NCBI GenBank assembly: GCA_963769935.1
Contig: CAVYNY010000026.1
Location: 1 to 38,934 of the forward strand
Reading direction: 5' to 3'
Length of the DNA: 38,934 nt
Source: an uncultured delta proteobacterium
GTDB lineage: Bacteria; Desulfobacterota; Desulfobacteria; Desulfobacterales; JAFDCJ01
The first letter of the stretch is position 1, and every line of letters starts with the position of its first letter. Of this stretch, positions 9,750-18,596 are shown piece after piece. Below the pieces are notes generated by a model. It had not been told where the DNA came from, did no database searches, and worked only from the letters and a program-made list of their open reading frames with translations. The translations under genes were made by a program, and so were the position numbers.

Positions 9750-10780
9750 TCCGGCATCCTTTGCTGATAGCCGTTTTCATGGGAGATTTGATCAGCCTTT
9801 TGTTATTGCTGGCGGCGGCCAAAACCGCACTCAAGACGGTCACCGAATGGGCGCCGCAGTCAGCCGCGGGGCGGCAGATACAACTCGAACGTGCGGTGGA
9901 GACCGGCGAATTAACCGCTAAATTTGCACTGGCAGCCTTTTTTGCGTCCACCCTGGTTCTTCTCGTCGCGGTCACCAACGTGTTGCCGGCCGTCATCCCG
10001 GGTGCCATGTGCGGGACCGGTGTGCTTCAGGCAACCCATGGCCTGGGCGGCCCGGCGGTGTTTTTGCGGCTGCTTGTACTGGGGGTCATCTATATCTGGC
10101 TGGTCCTTGAAAAGCTCAACAACCGGCAGCCGGACAGGCCGCTGACAATCAGCAACGCCCGTGTTTTGCTGCTGATGCTGCCGCTTCATCTGCTGGCCGT
10201 ATCAACCACCATGCAGGCCTTTATGCGTATCGACACGCACCAGCCCGTCGACTGCTGTGCGGTGGTTTACGATCAGTTCCCCAATCTTGCCGTCGCCCGC
10301 CAGACGGCCGGGCTTCCGAATACCCTATGGCTGCAGATTTTTTGGATTTTAACCATTCTGCTGGTGATCAGCGGCTGGCAAGCCTGGCGGACCAAGCCGG
10401 CCGGCCGGGTCAAGACCTCGGGATGGATGGCCTTGCTTACGCTGTTATGGGTGCCGTCGGCCGCCGTCGTCCTGGTAAGGGTCTTTGCCGCTTACTACTA
10501 TCAGGTTCTCCACCATCACTGCCCCTGGTGCCTGTTTTTGTCTGATCACAAATTCGTCGGGGTTCCATTATTTTTCAGCCTCGCAGTTGTCGTCCTGGAA
10601 GGACCGGCGGCCTTTATAACTGCCAAATTAGCCGTTAAATATCCTCAATTCGTTCAAACGGCCGCCCGGCGCTCAAAAATTGCGGGTTTGAGAATCCTGC
10701 TGGCAGCCGGCGCATTTATTGGTATGGTGAGCCTGCCGGCGGTTTTCTGGCGATTACAGTTCGGGGTGTGGATTCATTAA
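9746..10780 (+). CDS. Polytopic membrane protein with Cys/His clusters, function unknown
   Basis: ATGA overlap with the ABC ATPase; about 8 TM; PGAMCGTG, DCC, HHHCPWC. Confidence 0.8.
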   Translation: MIRHPLLIAVFMGDLISLLLLLAAAKTALKTVTEWAPQSAAGRQIQLERAVETGELTAKFALAAFFASTLVLLVAVTNVLPAVIPGAMCGTGVLQATHGLGGPAVFLRLLVLGVIYIWLVLEKLNNRQPDRPLTISNARVLLLMLPLHLLAVSTTMQAFMRIDTHQPVDCCAVVYDQFPNLAVARQTAGLPNTLWLQIFWILTILLVISGWQAWRTKPAGRVKTSGWMALLTLLWVPSAAVVLVRVFAAYYYQVLHHHCPWCLFLSDHKFVGVPLFFSLAVVVLEGPAAFITAKLAVKYPQFVQTAARRSKIAGLRILLAAGAFIGMVSLPAVFWRLQFGVWIH

Positions 10781-11070
10781 AAGCAGGCTGACGTTCAAGT
10801 TAATTCTAAACCAGTTGGAATTTTCATGGTTTTCATCAAGTAATTAAATTATCTAAACTAAATCATATGCTTATATAAGTAAAAGTCCCCCTGCGCTGCC
10901 CTTAAACTCCTTGACGGCAATGACGAATACATGCTAAGGCTTGCCTTGCAAAATCTTCGCCGATCGGCGAATTACGGACGTTTTTGAAGCATTTATCAGC
11001 TGCACGCCGGCGGTTTGCATGCGATAGGCCGCCCCAGGCTTCAAATTGGCAAGAGGATAGGTTTTATCAC

Positions 11071-12012
11071 GTGTCTGATACCTCACTAGCGGATCAATTT
11101 AAAGGCGTTTCACGATTGAAGCTTTTCCTGGCGTTGTCCAGAACGCCCCATGGTTTGCTGGACATGTGTACCCCCGCTTTTGGCGCCCTTTTATGGCTTG
11201 GACATTTTCCTGCTTTTCATGTGGTCGCTATCGGTCTTGTTACGACTTTTGCCGGCTATACCGCCGTTTATGCCTTGAACGATATCGTCGATTATAAGGT
11301 TGATAAAGAAAAGGCGGTCAAGGTAGGTCTGTCGAATGCAGGTAGTGATCTGGATGGGGTCTTCGTGCGGCATCCCATGGCCCAGGGATTGTTGACTATC
11401 AAAGAAGGAATTTGCTGGGCGATGTCCTGGGCTTTTTTGGCACTGATCGGCGCCTTTATCCTCAATCCGGTTTGTGTATTTATTTTTGCCGGGGGCTGCA
11501 CGCTGGAGGCCGCTTATTGCCTGTTATGGCGCGTGAGCCCGTTTCGTACCTTTGTCAGCGGCGCCGTAAAAACCTCCGGCGCCATTGCGGCGGTCTTCGC
11601 GGTTGATCCGGAGCCCTCGGGCTGGTATTTAATATGTTTGTTTTTAATGCTGTTTTTTTGGGAAATCGGCGGGCAGAATATTCCCAACGATTGGTCTGAT
11701 GCCGCCGAGGACCGACAGCTGAATGCCAAAACCATTCCGATCCAATGGGGGCTTCAGATTGCCAACGACATCATTCTCGGCACCCTTATTTTAACCTTGG
11801 GGCTGAGCGCCATCGTTTTTTATTTTCCCCGGGCAGCTTACGCAATCACTTTTATTATTCTGTCCCTGGCGGTGGGCGGTTATCTGCTGCTGTTGCCCGC
11901 GCTGAAACTGTCCAAAACCCGTGAACGTTCCCATGCCATGGTGCTGTTCAACAAAGCCAGTTATTTCCCGCTGGCGTTGCTGCTGATCGTTTTGATCAAA
12001 ATTTTGTTTTAG
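11071..12012 (+). CDS. UbiA-superfamily prenyltransferase
   Basis: Asp-rich motifs NDIVDYKVD and NDWSDAAED, multiple TMs; probable GTG start at 11071. Confidence 0.88.
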   Translation: MSDTSLADQFKGVSRLKLFLALSRTPHGLLDMCTPAFGALLWLGHFPAFHVVAIGLVTTFAGYTAVYALNDIVDYKVDKEKAVKVGLSNAGSDLDGVFVRHPMAQGLLTIKEGICWAMSWAFLALIGAFILNPVCVFIFAGGCTLEAAYCLLWRVSPFRTFVSGAVKTSGAIAAVFAVDPEPSGWYLICLFLMLFFWEIGGQNIPNDWSDAAEDRQLNAKTIPIQWGLQIANDIILGTLILTLGLSAIVFYFPRAAYAITFIILSLAVGGYLLLLPALKLSKTRERSHAMVLFNKASYFPLALLLIVLIKILF

Positions 12013-12037
12013 CGCCGGGAAATAGAAGGAGTCTTTC

Positions 12038-12751
12038 ATGAAAGAATTTGATGCCGATGAGTTGGCCGAGTTCAACGGTGAAAACGGCAATCCAATTTAC
12101 GTTGCCTACGACGGCAAAGTTTACGATGTCAGCGAAAGCAAACTCTGGCGCAAGGGGCAGCATATGAAACGTCATCGCTCCGGCAACGAGCTGACCGGCG
12201 ACATGCAGGCCGCACCCCACGAAAGCGATGTTCTGGAACGATATCCCCAGGTCGGCCTATTCAAAAAGACCGCTGTCGAGGAGCCGGCCCTTCCGCAGCC
12301 GCTCGCCCGGCTCATCAGCCGCTATCCTTTTCTGCGGCGTCATCCGCATCCGATGACGGTTCATTTTCCCATCGTTTTTGCCTTCTCAACGACAATTTTT
12401 AACATCTTTTACCTGGTTAGCGGTATTAAATCGTTTGAGATGACCGCGCTGCATTGTCTGGCCGGCGGCATAATATTTACGGTTGTGGGCATCACCACCG
12501 GCTTTTACACCTGGTGGATGAACTACATGGCCAAACCGCTGAAAGCCGTCAAAATAAAAATTCCCCTCGCCGCCGCGATGCTTGTCACCGAGATCATCAT
12601 ATTTATCTGGCGTATCATGAAACCGGACATCCTGGATTCCGTGCATCTCGGCAGTGTTATTTATTTTCTGCTGGTGCTGGCCCTGGTGCCGATGATAACG
12701 GTTATCGGCTGGTATGGGGCTTCCATGACATTTCCGATTGAGAAAGGATAA
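12038..12751 (+). CDS. Cytochrome b5-like heme/steroid-binding domain fused to DUF2231 membrane domain
   Basis: ELAEFNGENGNPIYVAYDGKVYDVS...H..G.ELT...APH, followed by HPMTVHFPI and 4 TMs; AAGGAG RBS. Confidence 0.85.
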   Translation: MKEFDADELAEFNGENGNPIYVAYDGKVYDVSESKLWRKGQHMKRHRSGNELTGDMQAAPHESDVLERYPQVGLFKKTAVEEPALPQPLARLISRYPFLRRHPHPMTVHFPIVFAFSTTIFNIFYLVSGIKSFEMTALHCLAGGIIFTVVGITTGFYTWWMNYMAKPLKAVKIKIPLAAAMLVTEIIIFIWRIMKPDILDSVHLGSVIYFLLVLALVPMITVIGWYGASMTFPIEKG

Positions 12752-12805
12752 AGGATTTATCTCTACTTTATGATATGCAAACCTGGTTTTTTATTCCAAT
12801 TCTTA

Positions 12806-12937
12806 AAATTCCAAAACACAAGCACCAAAATACAAATAAATCTCAATTTCAAATATTCAATGACCCAAACATGTTTGATATTTCGGATTTAGGTCATTGG
12901 GATTTGTTTGATATTTGGGATTTGGCTATTGGAATTT
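12806..12937. repeat. Long inverted repeat with about 7-nt periodicity, family 2, between convergent genes
   Basis: AAATTCCAAAACACAAGCACC...AATGACCCAAAC / GTTTG...GGTCATT...GGAATTT; homologous element at 26338-26555. Confidence 0.8.
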
Positions 12938-12996
12938 ATTGTAATTCCTCACTTTTTTTGGGGTACAGATTCCCTGCTTCTCCAAGCCCGGGTTCT

Positions 12997-13806
12997 TTAC
13001 TTAACCGCCAGGTGTATCACCGCTATGCCGTTGGTGAGTTTGCGGTGGCTGACAGTTGCAAAGCCGACCGCCTTCAAAATTTCAGTCAGTTCGTCGGGCA
13101 GCGGCCACATGCGAATGGTCTCCGGAAGGTGGGTGTAGGCCTGGCGGGAGCCCGCAATCAGCTCGCCCAGCAAGGGCATGATGTAAAATGAATAGAAATC
13201 ATACAGCCAGCGAAACGGTGTGAAGGTGGGTTTCGAGAATTCCAGGCACATCATTTTACCGCCGGGTTTGAGCACCCGGTACATTTCCGCAAAGCCCCTT
13301 TTCATATGCGTCACATTCCGGATACCAAAGCCGACCATCGCAGCGTCGAAATCAGCATCGGGAAATGATATCGATTCGGCATCTCCCTGAACATGGCAGA
13401 TACGCTGTTCAATATCTGTGTTTGCAATTTTAGGCAGGCCGGCCAGAATCATGGCACGGTTAATATCATAAACAATGACGCGTCCAGCTGGGCCGATTTT
13501 CCCGGCGGCCAGAATTGCCAGGTCACCCGTGCCCCCGCAGACATCAAGGACCCGGTTGCCGGGAGCCAAGGCCATCATACCGACGGCCGACCGTTTCCAG
13601 AGGTGATGAATCCCGAGGCTCAGCAGGCTGTTCATGAAATCGTAATTTTGAGCCACCGTGTTGAAATGCTGTAAAACGCGGCCGGCTTTTTCCCGGCTGG
13701 CAACGCGTTGAAACCCGAAGTATGTGGTTTGCCCGCTATCGGCGATTTTTTCAAGTTGTTCCTTGCGTTTCTGGTCTTCCAGCCACAATTTTTTCCGTTT
13801 GAACAT
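12997..13806 (-). CDS. ubiE: Demethylmenaquinone / ubiquinone C-methyltransferase (UbiE/MenG)
   Basis: YDFMNSLLSLGIHHLWK, VLDVCGGTGDLA, GFGIRNVT, RVLKPGG, LEFSKP. Confidence 0.95.
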   Translation of the reverse strand: MFKRKKLWLEDQKRKEQLEKIADSGQTTYFGFQRVASREKAGRVLQHFNTVAQNYDFMNSLLSLGIHHLWKRSAVGMMALAPGNRVLDVCGGTGDLAILAAGKIGPAGRVIVYDINRAMILAGLPKIANTDIEQRICHVQGDAESISFPDADFDAAMVGFGIRNVTHMKRGFAEMYRVLKPGGKMMCLEFSKPTFTPFRWLYDFYSFYIMPLLGELIAGSRQAYTHLPETIRMWPLPDELTEILKAVGFATVSHRKLTNGIAVIHLAVK

Positions 13807-14134
13807 TTTGCGTTCTCTTTTTCAGGTATTGGTTTAGAAATAAAATAAGCAGGCTAACCCGGCCGACAACCCTAAATCTTAATCTATATAATACTAATTA
13901 AAGTCTGCCGGATTTTTACACATCCGGCGGTCGGCTTCAAGTTTTTTTAAAGGAATTCTTTTTTTGACCGATAATAAAACCAGATGCAATTTCAGGGATT
14001 GACGGGGAAAACGTACCGGTTATTCTCACCGCAGGTAGTTGTGACAACTGATTCCGGTTTTGGCGAAGGATCCAGAATAGATCCTTGCAATCAGGGGATA
14101 TAGAAATAAATTTGCACACGGGGAGGGAATACGG

Positions 14135-14329
14135 ATGTCTGATTTGTTAATCAATTATTGTAAACAGGAGCAGATGAGTATTTGCACGGCCGACAGTCAG
14201 AAACAGCAGGTTGGTTGCAGCTATTATCAAAAATCGCAATTCGCCGAACGGTGCATGTATTATATTTTCGAGGAATACTGTGATTGTCTGACAGCCCAGA
14301 TGAATGCGCAGCGGGAATTGAAAAACTGA
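14135..14329 (+). CDS. Small Cys-rich hypothetical protein, 64 aa
   Basis: GGGAGGG RBS, ATG, six Cys including RCMY..FEEYCDC. Confidence 0.55.
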   Translation: MSDLLINYCKQEQMSICTADSQKQQVGCSYYQKSQFAERCMYYIFEEYCDCLTAQMNAQRELKN

Positions 14330-14347
14330 AGATTGAAAATTGAATAT

Positions 14348-16807
14348 TCAAGGATTGGCGAATTTTTTCGCCAAGTCGTTATCAATTACATAGATACACA
14401 CTTCTTTGGCCCCCTGTTCGGCATAACCGCTGTTTTTACACAAGTTATTGATTAAATAGCTCACATCGTCTCTGATGCGCTTATCATAGGTTTTGAAATC
14501 CTCTCCGTTATAGTCCTTAATGGCCCGGCGGAAATTTTCATTTTCAAGAAACGGATCCAGCACTTTTTCTTTCAAATTATAAACATAGCGGTCATGCATG
14601 GCTTTGAAAATTTTGGTTGCCGTAATCGGCAGCCCCTCCACTATGATTTCCTGGGTTAATGTTTTGGTCGTGTATTCTTTCTGGGAAGATTTGCGGAATG
14701 CAAGGCGCTGACTGCTGTCGGCTCTGCCACCCAGGAGGCGCCGTTCAATGCCTTCCAGAAATTCTTCGGTGATTTCCAGCTTTTCTTTCGTATAGGTACA
14801 GGTTTCAGTTGAACCGATTTCAAAATTAATCGCGAATATATAATTCTGGATTTCCCGGGAGATCTGTTCTTCATTGTAGTAATAAAGAGATTCTTTAACC
14901 TCCTGCAATACTGTGTAGTCGTACATGCGCAGCAGGGAATCCAAGAATCCCGCCGGTATCAAGTCTTTTACATCTTTTTGGATCTTGGTAAAAAATTTGC
15001 AGAGATCCGACATGTTGATCAACTTGTCTTCTTTGGCATAGGCCGAGTAAAATTGATTAAAAATTTTGATGGAGTCACGACCGGAGATGCCGTGTTCGCC
15101 TTCTTTTTCCGATTCGGAAATGATATTGCGGCGGCGTTTGGCAGTCAATCGCTTGCGGTCTTCTTCCTTGAGCCACTCGGGAATATAGCCGGTGTATATT
15201 TCCATTTTGAGCAACTGCATGTTTTCGTCACAATACAGCCGGTATTTGTTCGAATCGCCGATCCACTCCAGCATGGCTTCGGACCTCAAATTCAGGCGCG
15301 ATGAAATGATGACGCGCGCAAAATTGTGCAGCACTCTGGGCAGAAAACTTTCGTCAAGGTGTTTGCCGAAAATATTGCGGTATATTTCTACTTCAGTTGC
15401 CAGATCCATGACATAGGGGATATTGATGTATTCAACGCGATCCAGAAAGGACTGGAATCCTTGAATGTTTTTTTCATCTTCCGGGTTCATAACGGCCAGG
15501 AGCAGAGAGTTGACATTTTCCTCAATATCTTCCACTTTGTGAACACCTTCGCTGATGATGTTGTGAAGTTCGATCAACCGTTCGGTGTTATGGGACTTGA
15601 CATCCATTAACGCATAAATACCGTTATTGGTTTTGGCGTATTGTGAGAAAATGTATTTGACCTGATTGCTGTCCCTCAAAAGACTATTAATGCGGCGCTG
15701 CAAAATAGCATTGCTCATAATGTTATCGCGCAGGGGTTTGTCGCCCGGATTAAAGACGCTGATGCCCTCTCCCAGACGCCGGTTGAACCGGTAGGGACGC
15801 GCGTACAGCATGTCAAAAACTTTTTGCGGACGTTGCAAACGACTCAGCAGGGCCTCGTACAAAGCGCTGCAGATGGTACAGGCATTATCTCGGAAGACCC
15901 AGTCATACTCCTTCTCCGTGGAAAGGTTCCACTTGAATTCATCGTTTTTAAATAAATCGTCAAAAAATTCGCGCCGGTGCTGTTTAGGGATTATTAATAT
16001 CGGATTATCGTGACTGGGACAGGGCACTTCGATGAAATCGCCGGCCAGGTAATTGGCGGCCATATATGCTTCGGAGCCCCCCAAAGAATTGTGTGATCCG
16101 TTTTCAGCCATTATTTCAGGCTGAGCGGCAAGAGAGCTGTCCAGCAGTTGAGATAATTTTTCAAGCACCGGGTGGGTTTCGAAATCACTGAGCCGGCCCA
16201 ATATTTTTCGATCAAAACGCCACAGGGCTTCATAGCGCAGGCCGGCATCGGTGTTGGCGTATTCTTCAAACTTCATCAACAAATTGTTTAAAAAAGTGCT
16301 TTTGCCGCAGCCGGGTGGGCCTTTAAACAGGTAGATCTTATTTTGCTGGGCACCGCGCTTCCAGGCTTCTACCAGGCTGATCAATCGGTTGGCAAAGAGC
16401 CGATCAGCAAAAAACGGATGGTCGGTGCCGTCAACGAAGAGCTTGCTGAAATCATAGTAAACGTAATGAATGGATTCCGGATCATCCGAGTATTCATCGA
16501 CGCCTTCCCCGACATAGGCTTTAATCATATCGTGAAAGGCCTGAAAGACGTTGCGGATAACGGCTGACGGATCGGAAACAAGCTCGGTGAGAAACGCTTC
16601 ATAGGGGATAGCGGAACGCTGTTCCAGCCCGCTCATGTTCTGGTTGAGCGTATGCATGGCCTTCTTGATGTTTTTTGCTCCCTGATCTTCGTGCGGTGTT
16701 AAGGCCGTTTTTCTCTTTGACAGCGCCATCAAATTTTTGATGTCCTTCATCGTTTTATCCTGACTGCCGGCGCCTGGTTTCCCGGGTCTGTTGTCCGATT
16801 TGCGCAT
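14348..16807 (-). CDS. prkA: PrkA/YeaG-family AAA+ ATPase / serine kinase, second paralog
   Basis: Walker A GPPGCGKST, CPSHDNP, EGEHGISGR; last gene of the prkA-yeaH-spoVR cluster; GGAGG RBS. Confidence 0.85.
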   Translation of the reverse strand: MRKSDNRPGKPGAGSQDKTMKDIKNLMALSKRKTALTPHEDQGAKNIKKAMHTLNQNMSGLEQRSAIPYEAFLTELVSDPSAVIRNVFQAFHDMIKAYVGEGVDEYSDDPESIHYVYYDFSKLFVDGTDHPFFADRLFANRLISLVEAWKRGAQQNKIYLFKGPPGCGKSTFLNNLLMKFEEYANTDAGLRYEALWRFDRKILGRLSDFETHPVLEKLSQLLDSSLAAQPEIMAENGSHNSLGGSEAYMAANYLAGDFIEVPCPSHDNPILIIPKQHRREFFDDLFKNDEFKWNLSTEKEYDWVFRDNACTICSALYEALLSRLQRPQKVFDMLYARPYRFNRRLGEGISVFNPGDKPLRDNIMSNAILQRRINSLLRDSNQVKYIFSQYAKTNNGIYALMDVKSHNTERLIELHNIISEGVHKVEDIEENVNSLLLAVMNPEDEKNIQGFQSFLDRVEYINIPYVMDLATEVEIYRNIFGKHLDESFLPRVLHNFARVIISSRLNLRSEAMLEWIGDSNKYRLYCDENMQLLKMEIYTGYIPEWLKEEDRKRLTAKRRRNIISESEKEGEHGISGRDSIKIFNQFYSAYAKEDKLINMSDLCKFFTKIQKDVKDLIPAGFLDSLLRMYDYTVLQEVKESLYYYNEEQISREIQNYIFAINFEIGSTETCTYTKEKLEITEEFLEGIERRLLGGRADSSQRLAFRKSSQKEYTTKTLTQEIIVEGLPITATKIFKAMHDRYVYNLKEKVLDPFLENENFRRAIKDYNGEDFKTYDKRIRDDVSYLINNLCKNSGYAEQGAKEVCIYVIDNDLAKKFANP

Positions 16808-16823
16808 GGCCCCTCCCGAATTC

Positions 16824-18475
16824 CTACAAATTTTCCTTCGACAGCTTGCGGTCTTTCATGGTATAAAGCACCCGCTGCCATTTAATTTCCCTGGCCTGGG
16901 GTTCTTCTTCCACCGGCATGGTAAGCCCGGGAATCGGAAGACGCACCTGGGATGGCTCGGCCGGCACAACCTCGCTGGTTTCCAATTGAACCGGACTTCC
17001 CCACAAATACTCAATTCCCAGCATGGTATTGGCGATGAATTCTTTTACAAGCGGCTTGCCTTCAAATACGTGCACCAGATAAAGATTGCCGTTGTTGGCT
17101 TTTTCCTGATTGATCTGAATATGCGGCGGGTGGTAGAGCGTGCCGAGCAGCATCCGGCGATATTTCTCGGCGCTGCGGCTTTTGACGAAATATTCCCACA
17201 CGCCTCTATTCTGGTTCAACCGCCGGCCGGCTACAAACAGTTTGTATTTGTTGACGAAATCCTGATCCACAAAGGTGTTGATGAACATGAAATCATTGAA
17301 GTTATCACGCAGGTTGAATAAAAAATCAAGGCCCTGTCCGGTGTGCACATCGAACTGGTCCCGCTGTCTGGCATCCCGGAGCCGTCTGAATTTAATTGAA
17401 TATTTGCCCTTGCCGGCCAACTCTTCAATGTAGTGAAACAATCGCATGCCTAAAGCATAAGGATTTAGGCCCACCCGCGGCATGGACGTTACGCCCGCAT
17501 GGGTGCGGGCGAAGTCGACCTCGTGTCCCTCGATGCGGTCATCTTCAGAAAAAGCTTTTCATGCCAGTAACTGGCCCAGCCTTCGTTCATAATTTTGGTT
17601 CGGATCTGCGGCTGGAAAAACAAGGACGTTTTGCGGACCACCTCAATGACCGGCTTTATCCAGCTGTTTTTTTCTTTTCGCAAAAATTCGGAGTGCTCCA
17701 GCAGATATTGCATCAGGTCGAGTTTTTGAGCCGGTTTTTTTCCCAAACTCTTTTTGAATATGGCATCAAATTCGGGGTATTTTCTGAACACTTCCGCGAA
17801 AAAGGCTTTTTCTCCAAGCTCTTTGCTTTCTTTTATATTCTGATTGAATCTTTCTATTTCTTTGACGTATTCATTTATTTTTAACTTCTTATTCGATTGC
17901 AGGAAAACATCAAAATAGTAATCGAGCATCTTCGAGCTGTTGGTTTTGGGGGGACGATTGAGTTGCGAGAGCTCATAATGGTATCCGACCAGGTTGTCAA
18001 TGCCGCGTGAAAATTCGATGATGTAGTCCAGCCATCGGCCTTTTTCCGATCTGAGCTTGGCCATCATGCGCTTATCTGAAAGGGCCTGGCCGGTGAAATC
18101 ATAATCCCATGTGTGCCGAAAGTATAAATTGTTCTGGAAAAAATCAATGTGAGCCAGAACGTGATAGAAAATCATGACATTCATCCAGTCCGGATTGTTG
18201 TCATTGTAAAAAGATATCGCCGGCCGGGTGTTGATGACGGTTTCGTAAGGATTGCTCGGATAAAGTTCATACCGGCCTTTTTCTTTCAAAACCTCCACAT
18301 CGTGGACCCAGTAGTCATAAAGGGTTGGAATCATAAGCTTGGGAGTAAGCTCCAGCAGATCGCGGTTGGAAACAATATATTCCAGGGATTCATCCTGAAA
18401 ACTCAGACCGGCGTCCCGGGCTCTCTGCTTGCACCCTTCCATGATTTTTTTGGTATGTTGGTCGATTAATTCCAT
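16824..18475 (-). CDS. spoVR: SpoVR/YcgB family protein; one-base deletion at about 17545 in this sequence
   Basis: YETVINTRP, HVLAHIDFFQNN, PQIRTKIMNEGWASYWH, continuing in another frame as DDRIEGHEVDFARTHAGVTSMPRVGLNPYALG. Confidence 0.9.
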
Positions 18476-18495
18476 AATTTAAATTTGGTTCTGCA

Positions 18496-18593
18496 GGTTA
18501 GCCGGTTGGCCCGTTGGCCGGCTCCTTTATTCCCATATATTGTGATTGCAAACCGTTGACGGGCTCAACGGGCAAACCGGCAAACCGGACAAC
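18496..18593. repeat. Inverted arrays of degenerate 8-mers (GGTTGGCC / AACCGGCA), family 3
   Basis: GGTTAGCC GGTTGGCC CGTTGGCC ... AACGGGCA AACCGGCA AACCGGAC; same motif as 36750-36986. Confidence 0.7.
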
Positions 18594-18596
18594 TTT

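Noticed and set aside
12775..13191. 138-aa plus-strand ORF (and 26454-26750)
   Set aside because: Derived from family-2 repeat arms and antisense to real genes.
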